Source: Saccostrea cucullata
Lineage: Eukaryota
DNA: 64,000 nt
NCBI RefSeq assembly: GCF_032062105.1
Contig: NW_026929514.1
Location: 1 to 64,000, forward strand
Direction of reading: 5' to 3'
This document shows, one piece after another, positions 47,001-58,992 of the stretch. The first letter of the stretch is position 1; each line of letters starts with the position of its first letter. The notes beneath the pieces are model-generated. The model saw only the letters and a program-made list of their open reading frames with translations, was not told the origin of the DNA and did no database searches. Both the position numbers and the translations under genes were made by a program.

Positions 47001-47399
47001 TTTTGTTGAGTGTCAAGGATCATTTTTCTATTGATTCCTGTTTAAAATATAATCAACATTAAAACCAAATATTGTTTCTTGTATGGAAGTTATACAATTA
47101 GTTTGCGAACTTTTTGATCACCCCTCGTATATCAGTACTTTTGGCTGAAAAGTGAAATTAAGTGCTTCTACATTAATGTTGATAAACCTGATGTTGCATT
47201 AACTGAACAACTCTTGTAAATATGTTGATTAACCTTCTTAATATATATAACCAGAGTATTTTTTTCTGTTTTATATTAAGCTTCCTCAGACAACATGGCT
47301 CGCCTGTGGTCGGTGGAGTCGGGGGATGTGAAGAAGGAATACAGCGGTCATCAGAAGGCAGTGGTCTGTCTGGCCTTCAGGGACGAGTTCGTACAATAA
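41038..47399 (+). CDS. MLST8: TOR complex subunit LST8. Exons 41038-41160, 41319-41370, 41577-41739, 41861-41936, 42093-42167, 42504-42581, 42840-42964, 43894-44036, 47281-47399
   Basis: [70 protein letters not shown]; phases consistent. Confidence 0.95.
41161..41318 (+). other. U12-type (minor spliceosome) GT-AG intron
   Basis: 5' site GTATCCTG; branch site TGCCTTAAC at 41301-41309 just before the AG; no polypyrimidine tract. Confidence 0.85.
43177..43383. mobile_element. TA-TSD MITE (CTGTA..TACAG)
   Basis: ta|ctgtaaaagcacaaatattcgtggg ... cccacgaaaatttgtgcttctacag|ta. Confidence 0.75.
43975..44790 (+). repeat. Tandem degenerate copies of MLST8 exon-8 3' half plus donor, interleaved with a 17-bp GAGTAACACTCAGA subrepeat
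   Basis: tgggactgtg..ggggactcacagtacatcataacag|gtgag recurs about 7 times; donors follow 44036, 44117, 44235, 44466 and 44585. Confidence 0.9.
44822..46995 (-). repeat. HINE with about 10.5 copies of the 156-bp unit (same family as 35880-37171)
   Basis: Same terminal hairpin and microsatellite, reversed. Confidence 0.9.
46554..46954. mobile_element. hAT (Ac-like) MITE inserted in the satellite array
   Basis: TAGGGATG...CATCCCTA termini; 8-bp TSD ACAAGTAG at 46546-46553 and 46955-46962. Confidence 0.88.
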
Positions 47400-49243
47400 C
47401 AGGGAGAAACTGTTTATGTTACAGGACAGTACCATACTGAAGACTGTGTTGTAAGGAGTGTGTTACCTGGACATATGCAAGGATTTATAGATCCTTTATG
47501 AAGTGTACAAGGACAAGACTTGTGTCAAACTAGTTATTGATTGTTGAATGAATTTTGTTGAAATATTTACATGAAATATTATGGATGGTATATTGTTATA
47601 TGAAATACAAATAAACTTGAAAGTGACTGTTTTTGTTAATAATACTCATTTTAAATTGCGAGTTCTTTACTCCTCCAAGGCACCTGATCCCACCCCTGGA
47701 ATTCAATCAGGATATACCATACTTCACACTTGAAAACAATATATTGCATCGCAGTTTTGTTTAAGAAATTATACTATGTTCTTTGAATGTTTGTATGGGG
47801 GCGAAAATTTCCCTGTATATAGTATTGCATGGTCTCTTCTTATGTTTGTATATTTGTTTGTCAAATTTTCATGTGAACAAACAGAAACAAGAAATCTAAA
47901 CAACAGCAGTGCAAAGGTTACAAGTAATCAGGGGATGCCTTTTGTTTGATAAAGATGAGTCTGCCATTCCATAAATTAGTAATTCAGAAACAGGAATTAT
48001 AGTTCAATTAAAACTTTATTTACAACTGATTTACAAGTTGAACATTTAAAATAATCAATAACAATGAAGATGTGTATAATTATGTAAATTATGAAACAAC
48101 TGCAGATCAAGAAATGAGATGAAAAGCATACTTGTATACATATTTACATACTTTAATTATTATAATACACTGTTGTAATTTCAAATCTGTCTCAAATGCC
48201 ATTAACTTTCACCGATACTCCTTCTTTTAAGTTATAGTCTATCAGACAATTTTTTTTTACAACTGTATTACATTTTCAGGAAATTATGGTTTTTCCATTA
48301 TGTAATTGGAATCTGCATTTTTCAGGTTGTAGGATATATGTAATCAAAGAAATGTATCATACATCATAAATAAGAAAGATTCTACAATTAATACTAAAAC
48401 TTGTAAGGAAAACATGCATGAAAATGTATCTATATGGTATACTTGGTGATTATAACATCACATAGTTTAATTTATTATTATATTTTATATTGCACATCTT
48501 AAAATAAAATTCTTAATATAATTTCTTAAGAATGTATATATACCAAATAGTTTACAATGCATAAAAATCTTCTTAAAATCAGCTAAATAACCAACAAGCA
48601 AAGATGGCATGTATTACATGCATTAAGATTTTGCCACTTGAGAATATGAATTTTTCACACAACCAATACATGTTACATGTAATAAGGGGGAAAATATTCT
48701 TTTTTTCCCCCCTCACAGACCAAATGCTGTTCTCAATAAACTTTTTCCAAATAAAAATCAAAAGTATTGCTTGTAAATACAGATTTCAAACAATATTAAC
48801 ATGTCCAAACATTGATGTTTGTTGCCACTTGTATTTCAAAAAAAATGTTTTTGGGTATGTATAATGTCTGAAAAGTTGTGGGTAAAATAGAATCATCACA
48901 GATACGTGTATAGCAATTATAACAGGTGATGAAATGATCAAAATAGATACATGTGTTGGTCTGACGGTCCTAGGAAAGTCTATTAATACATTTGATGAAC
49001 TATTTTGAAAGATCATGGATCTTTAATTCAACTCAAATGCAAGTTACTAAAGCAACAAAAAATATATATTGTAATTGTAATAGAATTTTAGGAATTGATC
49101 ACTAAATCTAGAAAACATAACAATACATGTACATGTATATACACATACGTGCAGATGATTGACAATACAAAATATTCCATCATGTCCCTGCATCTGTTAG
49201 TGGTCTCTTTCTCCGTTACCTCTTTAAATTTGTAAGACATGGC

Positions 49244-50959
49244 CTAATCAAACACAGCCCCACAGTTTGGACACCGTCGCTGTCTCATGGCTAAACAACA
49301 CAGAATGCCGAGGGGAAAGAACAATATAGCACAGAGCACACCTAAACATGTGTAGTCCTCCTCCAGAACTCCAGACTGTAACAAACATTTAAAAAAATTT
49401 CAAATATTTGTTTTGATTTTTTTTTTAATACATAATGGATTGAGCATATGAAAGTTAGTAAAAGAGACCTCATTTCTAAGAAATTAAATTGCTTTTCAAA
49501 CAGTATAACCTTGGCATAAATTCACAATAATGCAGTGATTCCTAATCTCCAGCAACTTATAGAAATTTGACTTCAGACTATAGGAATGTGTTGAAATTGG
49601 TTGAATATTGCAATGACAGAAATCAAAAATGTTATAATTTTGTTCTATACATAGTACCCATGACAGCTTGTTGTTCATAGTAGACAACTAAGTGTAACAG
49701 TAATTAAACATTTAAATAGCAATTTAAGTAAAATATTTAACATTAAGGCACAATTAGCTATATATTCTAGTTGATAAAATTTAATATGTTTTTGATTAAT
49801 TTACACAGTTAAATCCCTTTACAACAGATTTTTAAAAAAGAGGCCCGTAGGCCACATTGTTCATCTGCACAGCTTGCATATAGAAAAGTAGAAATCAGTT
49901 TACAAGTGAAAAGTTTAAAGACAGACACTAGACATGTTTTGATCAGAAAAGCTTAACTGAGCCTTTGACTCTTGTGAGCTAAAATAAAAAGTCTTTAATG
50001 AATGTAGTAACTTACCCTGCATGCTGGACATCCCCCAACAAGAACTACTTGAGTGGCTGGCTGTTGCTGAACTACGACCCCGTATTGCTGCTGGTACCCT
50101 TGCTGTCCATAACCTGGTTGCCTGCCCTGATATCCTGGCTGGTTGTATCCTTGGTGGGTTTTGGAGGGGTCGTAACCGTGATTGTACGCCCCTGCGGGGG
50201 GATAACCTGCCTGATAGGGTGCAGTTGGAACTGCTCCATAACCTCCACCTGATAGAAAAAAAATCAGTCTAAATCTGCATTGGGTCTGGGTCATAGTTTT
50301 AAACCAAAGAAAGGACATTATTAACTAGTTTGAACTTTTTTTACTTTATAATATTGAATTTGATTTTTCTACATGTCCCTGACAGGCACAATATTTACAG
50401 AAAAAATGCTTCATTGGCAAGTGTACATTGTGAATGTATGAACAGGATCTCCAAAGATCTGTAGTTGGTTATGATTTTTTATCAGAGTTGTGTTTTTTTT
50501 AAACCCACAAGTCTTGGCGAGGGGATAGGAAAAAAAAAACACTGGGTAGGATAAAAACTATACCCAGTCACAAATCATTGTAATTCTTTTAATCATGTTC
50601 CATACAATGTATGACATTGTTTATAAAATTATGTTAATGACATGTATCACTATGAATCTACAAGTATTTACTTTATCATTTTCATGAAATACCATTTGTG
50701 GACTCCCAGAAATGGGATATGAATAAAAATATTCAATTTGTGAAATCCATGGGATAATGGATAAACGTGACTAGTAAAGGGATATAATTTTTTTCTAATG
50801 TATAACTTGTCTAAAAGGACAAAAAGATATCTAATTAGAACTAGCATATACCCCTTGTTGTTTTCACACTGTTCCCTATTTTGAGTTGCTTGACTTACCC
50901 CCTTGCTGCCCCGCCACTTCTTGATAAGCAGGGGGCGCCCCATTATTCTGAGATGCCAT
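49244..50959 (-). CDS. BRI3: Brain protein I3. Exons 50959-50899, 50248-50016, 49375-49244
   Basis: PPAY motif, Pro/Tyr/Gln/Gly-rich N-terminus, [53 protein letters not shown]. Confidence 0.93.
49838..49985 (+). mobile_element. Core-less degenerate copy of the pearl-like HINE
   Basis: aagaggcccgtaggccacat 5' end lies close to the gatcagaaaagc..gtgagctaaaa 3' end. Confidence 0.65.
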
Positions 50960-51660
50960 GCTTTACTTATTTCTCTGTAACATATAGATAGGTTTTACAT
51001 TCAAGGTAGAGAGAGAATGAATTAAAAAATCCAAGGTAAACAGTGATCAATGTAAATAGATTTTATGGTAAAGTTCAACATCAATCCATATATAAATGCT
51101 GCTATTAATAATAGATTCATAGTTCCAACTGATGAGAGAGTCTGTAACTCATTTTACTCTAACTTGCATTCTTATCTTCAAACTGCGTACTTGACAACAT
51201 CCGACTGCAAGTCATCAGTTCGAATTCAATATTTGACAAATGGAAAGTAGAGATCTCGAAAATTCAAGACTTTCGAGCATGTTGAGTGCGTTCAATCATT
51301 CTAAACGATTTTTGTTCTAGCTATAAAAATACTAAAGCTTTAAAGTTTCAACTTTAACTTTTTTTTGAGCATTTGACTACTGACAAGTTATAAAAAATAC
51401 CAACCGTTCGTTTTACAATAACAAATCGCTGTCACAAGACTAATATCACGGAACGGTGTAAACTAAGTTCTCAGCAGAGGAAAACATATTTCCGGAACAA
51501 CTCGGTTTATAGAGATTATTTCTAGAAAAAAACAAGGACACGAGGACACGATCACTAAAAGTTTAGATTTTCATGCCATCTTTATTTGTCTGCCTCGATA
51601 CGTCGTCTGTGATTGCCACGCCTTTGTATTTTGGAGCGTAAATTTACAACCGATTTTGGC

Positions 51661-51960
51661 CACAGGCACCTGACGAATGGATGCCCCCCCTCCCCCTCCC
51701 CCAACTTCTGATTTTTTTTTTATAAGAAACAAAACCTTATCAAAATACATGATTTCTTAATCTAATAGTATATTATTCTTATATTTCGATATCTGATATC
51801 GATTTCCTCTTTTGTTAAGATTTAGATATTGGCACTTATAAGGTATATAATTACTTTTTTTTGTATACCGTATAGGTCCAATTCCAGAAATTTAAACTCA
51901 AAATTTTCAGAAGCTGGAAGGGGGAGGGAGGTTACACCATCCATTCGTCAGGTGCCTGTT
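51661..51960. mobile_element. hAT-like MITE
   Basis: TIR acaggcacctgacgaatggatg; 8-bp TSD ATTTTGGC (51653-51660, 51961-51968). Confidence 0.8.
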
Positions 51961-52390
51961 ATTTTGGCATGTAATTATAATTGATGAAAAATTAAATTAC
52001 GAATTTCATTTTCCTGCCCCTGCCTTCGGGAGCTAAGGGGTGGGGCTAACACTTAAAAATTTATGCGATCTTCATAAATCTTCTTTACTCCTGGACGTGA
52101 TTTTTTTTTGCCCAGGGCTATCAAACGCTCTTATGATAGGGGGGGGGGTTCTATTGATGTAACACTCAAATATACATGTAGTAAATGCCTTTAAAAAATT
52201 ATTATTCCCAGTTCCTGGATATTTTGCAAAAATACATGTTGTATTAAATGTATTCATGACTAAGATTTATAAGCAAAAAGTGCGTCTTCCTAAATTATGA
52301 GATTGTTGACTTCTGGGCACATTCTTTGATGAAACATGTTTTAAATATATTGATTCTTATTTAATATACATGTAGGTATAGGCATCAACT

Positions 52391-52476
52391 TAGCTGCAAT
52401 AATGTAGCCCTCTCCTTTTTTTTTCCAGAAAAATATCAGATTAAAAACATCGGAGAGGGCTACATTATTGCAGCTA
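52391..52476. mobile_element. 86-bp Mutator-like MITE
   Basis: Perfect 25-bp TIR tagctgcaataatgtagccctctcc; 9-bp TSD GCATCAACT. Confidence 0.8.
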
Positions 52477-52849
52477 GCATCAACTAGTCTCAGGGGGATT
52501 ATATTTCTAAAAATATGGTTACCTCAATATTTATAAATCTAATGTGAAATTTCTGAATTACCAAATATTTTCTCTCGAATGATTATAATTACTAGTATGT
52601 GAATTTGTTTTATGTGATGGTATGATACCAAATAAATGATTATGATGGGTCAGTGGCTCTGGTGATCATGCACTTAAAAGCATACATGTAAGAATATAGA
52701 TGCAAGAAAATGAAGGATACGTCAGAGCAATGGAAAAGGACATCAATATTGCAAAAGAAAAAAAAACTGATGAAGTTTTATAGAATATATTGCAAAAGAA
52801 AAAAAAACTGATCAAGTTTTAAAGAATGTAACAATAGTTTCCATTGTGT

Positions 52850-55800
52850 CAAAGGGCAAGATAGCCAATGTTTTGTCAAACAAGCCACTGAAACAATTAA
52901 GTACAGATATTTTAATAGCAGATGGTACACCATTGAAAGTGTATGGTACTCAAGAAATAAAGTTTTCCACACAGGGTATGCTCTTTGAAGTTTGAACATG
53001 TTATGGTAGTTGCCGACTTAAGAGTTGGCGGAATATTAGGTTTAGATTTCCTAAGAGCTCATAAATGTTCATTAGACCTGGAGGGTTCTTCGCTGACTTT
53101 TGGTCAAGTTGGAAAGTCAGTTGCTTGTAAATACAAGGAAAAAATTGGTTGCTTCCGAGTAACACTGCGTGAAGATCTTGGGATACCACCAAAAAGTGAA
53201 GTTTTGACTTATTGTAAAGTCCATAACCTGGATAACCAAAGTGCTTCCAGTTTCTCTAAAGTAGGCTTAGTAGAACCTTGTAAGCAATTTGATGATTCTG
53301 ATAGAGCATTAGTAGCAAGAACACTTGTGACATACAACAAAGAGATCAAAGTTCCAGTGCGTCTTATAAACCTACAGAATGAGGTAATGCATTTAAGGAA
53401 AAGCACATTCATTGCTGGACTGAACTCATTCAAAATGTTTTGACAGCGACCGTGGGCAGACGGACGCCAGATTGCAAAGAATTTTTTATAATTATATATG
53501 AATTTATAAAGCGCTAAATATTAATAAATTAACTCTAAAGCGCTGTACAATAAAACGTTAGTAAACATAATTAAGAGCTATGACTACGTAAATAAAATAT
53601 TAACACATAGGCCTACTCATATATGTGTTAGAAATTATAACATTAAAATACTAATATTACATACAAAATACAATTACGCCATTAATAAAACTGTCAATAA
53701 AGGAACATCTTTTGTTATTAGCTGATTAAAGTTGTGCACCAGATAATTAAAAAGCTATTCTATAAAAATGCGTCTTTAATTGTCTTTTGAAAATGTCAAG
53801 GGACTGGGCCTATTTTATGTCATTAGGAAGGTCGTTCCACAAGAATGCTGCTGCCCAACCAAGTCGTCGTTCGCCATATGTCTTTGTCCTGATTTTAGGA
53901 ACAACTAGCCGTGATGTTGACTCAGATCGCAGTGATCTGATGGGCTTGTATTCCATTATAAGATCTTTGATATAAGATGGAGCTAACCCGTGTAAGTATT
54001 GGTAGACATATGTCAAGATTTTATATTGTGGACGAAAAAAGGGGTAGCCAATGAAGATCAGCTAGGATAGATGTAATATGCTCCCGTTTCGATGATCTTG
54101 TAACTAAACGAGCTGCTATGTTCTGGACTTTTTGAATCCGTTCTAGTATGGCCTTTGACACGCCATATAGAAGGCAGTTCCCATAGTCCAATCTGGCAGT
54201 GATAGCGGCGTTCACATTGGTCTTGCAGGCTTCTTTTTGTAAGAAAGCGCCATATATGTCCAATATTGCTTATTTGGAAATAGCATGACTTGACGACCGA
54301 GGATACCTGTTTTTTCATAGTAAGGTGTTGATCGAAAAAAAAAACACCTAGATTTTTCACACATGGCACGCTTTCAATGATATTATCACCAACTTTTAGT
54401 TGTAATTTTGGCAGATACTTCTGGTGTTGCTTTGTGGTGAAGATTAAGAACTCGGTCTTTTCTTGGTTTAGTTTGAGTAGGTTCGATGTCATCCATGAAC
54501 CAATTTCGCTAAGGCACGCTTCAAGTCGAGAGAAATAATTGTTCCAATTTTCCAGTGGTCTTATAAGTATGTAGATTTGTGTATCATCTGCATAGCAGTA
54601 ATATATCATTCCATGTCGATGGTATATAATTCCAATGGCTTTTGAGAAGAGGCAATACAATTTCGGTCCGAGTACAGATCCTTGGGGGACACCGAAAGGC
54701 AGCTGTCTAGACTCTGATCGGACGGATCCAATTGTGACACATTGTTTTCTGTTCTTGAAGTAAGACTTGATCCACTCAAGAGCACCATCACAGAATCCAT
54801 AAGACACAGTTAGGCGTTGGAACACTATTTTATGATCAATAACATCAGAAGCAGCGGATAAATCCAGAAGGACAAGGACTGCTGAAGATTGTTGGTCCAG
54901 AGCTGTCACAGTATCATTGTGGACCTTGATGAGGGCCGTTTCCGTGGAGTGCCTGGGACGATATGCCGACTGAAGTAGATCGCGAAGAGAATTCGCATCC
55001 AAGTGGGCATCAATCCTACGACCACAACTTTCTCCAATATTTTTTAGATAACCTCAAGTTTGATACGGGTCGATAGTTTTTCAACACTTCTTTTTCTAGT
55101 CCAGGTTTCTTAAGAAGTGGACGAACTATGGCCTCCTTCCAAGCGGACGGGAAAATTCCCTGATCGAGAGATGCACTTACCATGTCTGTGACAAGCGGTA
55201 TTATTGGATTCAGACACTTTTTCAGTAGCTTTGTTGGAATTGGATCCAGTTCGCATGATTTACTGGGTGCCTTCATCATTAGCGATCGTACTTCATCTTA
55301 GTGGTACGTTCAAAAGCAGCTAATAGAGGCCCATTATAGTGTATGTCTGTGTCTAAATAGCTGTCTCCTTTTTCTGTTTTTTGTTTAAGTGTCTCTCTTA
55401 AGTGTCTTTTTAGAACTGCCAGATCATTTGCAAGATTAATATGCAAGGCCAAGTACAGGTATGTCAATGGAGAACAAGCGAGCTGTACTTCAGTTACTAA
55501 TACGTTACCAGTCATCTTTTGCAAGGTCTGACCGAGATTTAGGGAAAAGCCAACATCATTAAACACAAGATTAGTACTGGAGACAACTCACCTATCAAGC
55601 AATCTCCAAGGAGAATACCCGTGCATATGCAAAAAAAGGTGGACATGCATGATGATGATATGCTACAACGGAATATCACCGAGCCTTCAAATAGTCCATG
55701 GGCGTCCAATATTCTAGTAGTGTTAGTAAAGAAGAAAGACGGCACCACCAGATTTTGTATAGATACTAGTAACAGAAAGCTCAATAAAATTACGAAGCAT

Positions 55801-57000
55801 AATGCATATCCTTTGCCAAGGATATATGATTCTCTTGATCAGCTTAGAGGTGCTACCTGGTTTTCTATGTTAGATTTACGGTATGTTCAGGGTATTGGCA
55901 GGTGGCCGTTGACTCTAAAAACAAGCAGAAAACAGCTTTCTTAACATGTATGAGTTTTCAGGGATGCCATTTGGCATGTGCAACGCACCTGCAACATTTG
56001 AACGTCTTATGGAAACAGTGCTGCGCGGTTTGCAATATGAAATCTGTCTTATTTATCTTTAATTATAGTCTTTGGAAAGAATTTTGAAGATATGATAGAA
56101 AATCTTTCAAGAGTTTTTGACCGTCTGGAAGAAGCAGGATTAAAACTAAACCCGGAAAAGTGTACCTTTTTTGCCAGACATGTTGAGTTTTTGGGCCATG
56201 ATAAGACCAAAGCAATTCAGGATTGGAATACGTCTTCCAACATTACAGAAGTAAGATCCTTTATTTGTCTATGTAGTTATTATAGGAAGTTTGTCAAGGA
56301 TTTTGCCTCTTTTGCAAAACCTTTGCATGACGACGTCAAAAGAGAAACCTTTAAATGCATGGACAGAGGAATTTCAGATTTCATTTGACAAGCTAAAACA
56401 TATTCTGAATTTAGAATCAATTCTTGCACATCCAGATTTTGAAAAGGAATTCATCTTAGATACTGATGCGAGCTTTTTTAAGCCATTGGTGCTGTACCTT
56501 CGCAGGTAATTGACGACAAGGAGAGAGTTTGTGCATATACTAGTAGGTGCTTGTCAAAATCTGAATGTCTTGTGTTACCAGAAAGGAACTCATAGCAGTG
56601 ACACATTTTGTCAAGTACTTCAAACATTACTTGTATGGCAGAGAATTCCTTGTTAGAACAGATCGCAGTTCTCTCAGGTGGTTAATGCAATTTAAAAACC
56701 CAGAGGGGCAGTTTGCACGTTGGATTGATATACATGTACTATCAACTTTTAATTTCAGAATTGAACATCGTCCAGGGCGTTTACATTCAAATGCTGATGC
56801 ACTGAGCAGGCCTCCATGTAAGCAATATGGTTATCACAGTAAACTTGAGAAAGAGGATTTCGATGTAAAATTTTGTAACCAGGTTGGACAATGTCAGTCA
56901 CTACAGTTAGTTCAGAAACATGACAATGATCTGCAGAAGATACATGAATAGATTGAGGAAGGCTCCTCTCCAAGTTCTAAGATAGTGGCACCAGAAAACA
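52850..57000 (+). pseudogene. Decayed Ty3/Gypsy pol: protease region 52985-53443, then RT/RNase H 55413-56950, split by a LINE
   Basis: [69 protein letters not shown]; many frameshifts; no LTR or integrase core recognised. Confidence 0.85.
53481..55352 (-). mobile_element. 5'-truncated, decayed L2/Crack (CR1-group) LINE: RT plus 3' UTR
   Basis: [49 protein letters not shown]; 3' tgtacagcgcttt...agcgctttataaat end with AT-rich tail. Confidence 0.88.
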
Positions 57001-58034
57001 TCTACGATACTTCCAGGGAAACGTCCATCAAATGATGCAAAACAACTGACTGAGAGTAAGAAATCTATCATTTACATTGGCACACAAACTGAGTTTCGTA
57101 AAGGAATTTCGGTAAAACCGTAAAGAAATTTGGAGAGGGTACCGTTGATATTGAAGAAACCACGGTTGAGAAATTTATTTTATGTTAAAGAGTATATAGC
57201 CATGTCCAACACAGAAAGTGTTAACCTAAGTATGGTTCTTTTGGTTACTTGTTTATTGCAAAGGATCATTCTCTATAAGGCCGTTTTGCGGCCTACAGTG
57301 ACTTCAAATTTTCTGATAGTATTTTTTCCCTTAAAAATTGCATGAATCACTAGGCTTATGTTCCAATTTAATGATAAATATTGGTTGGTTAATGATACAA
57401 TAGTATTTTTTAATGATATAGGGTCACAAAGTAAGGTACTCTCGGTCCGTATTAGCATTAGAGTAATTGGAAAACTCAAGAGGGTGGCTGTGTTAGATAA
57501 CTCTTACGCATGTCATAACCACCTTTAACCAACACCAAAATTCATGTAAATTTCCTATACACATATAAAGTGACTACCAAATTATGAATTTGGTAAAAGG
57601 TGCATGGTTATGACATCTAAATAAAAACTTTTCACTTCATTTTTTACGAAAGTTGCAGAAAAAGCTAACTACTCACAATGAAGGATATCAGCTTATGTAG
57701 ATTATTTCTTTTTATAAACTTTTGGTTAGAGTACAATTTTCTGTTGATTTACTAAGATTTATATCAGCCATGGATATTTACTAAAAAAAGTGACCTTTCT
57801 TTGAAATGTCTGATAAAAATTAAGAATAAAAACTTTTTATTTGCTATAAGGTGTGAATATGAGTTATCTTTTATATTTATAATGATAGTTTAGTTTATAT
57901 ATGCTACCTCTTTGAATTCCGTTATGAGTACATGTACTACATATATTCTTTGTATTTCCTTATGAGTACTGTATATGTTCTAGAAATGATAAAAGCCATC
58001 TTTGTTGAAGCGGTAACATGCATTTATTAGTATT

Positions 58035-58156
58035 ATTTAGAGAACTCGACTGGTTCTTTATCGTAGATACAAATTTGGGGGCAGACGAGTGCGAAAGCAC
58101 GAGTCTCCGCCCCCAAATTTGTATCTACGATACAGAACCTGTCGAGTTCTCTAAAT
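58035..58156. repeat. 122-bp near-perfect palindrome with GAAA-capped apex
   Basis: Arms of about 50 bp with two mismatches. Confidence 0.9.
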
Positions 58157-58774
58157 GATTTGTGACACGATCAATCAAAAATAGCTCCGCCCACTTTATA
58201 ACTTTGCAGCATCCAAACTTCCGCCAGAGTTCTGTAGATGAGGCCCCGACGGGGAGTACGCATCCGCAGTATATATATTTCCACGGAAAACGTAAAATTC
58301 GGTCAGATTTGTTTTGACAATTTAACGGGGTAGACGTAATCGAGTGATAGTCAGTCTTGATGGATAAATTGGAGGATTTAACCGTAATTGTTGTGATCTA
58401 TTGTTATAATTGTAGATGGAGATTTATCATAATTTATTTCAGGGGTCTTAATCCCGGTTTAACTAGATTTACAAAAACAGGATTTACAGAAATTTCTTCG
58501 ATGGACTTTGATGTCAGGGATTTTTATTTTCAAACTGAATTGCGACATTAAAAACGAAGTGAAAGAGACGTGTGACTGTCGTCAGCGAGAAGGATTTTTT
58601 CCGTGATAGCGAATTTTCTGTTTCGTGTGGATTGTTGAAAATTAGGTACAGAGGATGTTTTCCGTTATTGCGATTTTTTTTTACTTTCGATCGAAATTAC
58701 GTGTAGATTCTGTGTGGAATAAGTTTTTAGAAAGTGATTGAGAAATTTTGACATTCTACATTCTCAGGAAAATA

Positions 58775-58992
58775 CTGTATAGGGGAAAAATAACTCGCGG
58801 TGTTAATATTCGCTATATTCACGGTGTTAATGAATCTGTGAATTTAAGAAACAGTGAATAAGTTATCAATAGGTATAGATAAGGGTGGAAACTTTTAATA
58901 TATACCAATTCCGCGAATTCAAGAAACCGTGATTGTGCCAAAGAAGAGGAAAACGTGAAAATTACAACCCGTGAAATTAATCCCCTGTACAG
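58775..58992. mobile_element. TA-TSD MITE
   Basis: ta|ctgtatagggg ... cccctgtacag|ta. Confidence 0.65.

Noticed and set aside
58085-58110. Hammerhead ribozyme
   Set aside because: GAAA is present but there is no CUGANGA core.
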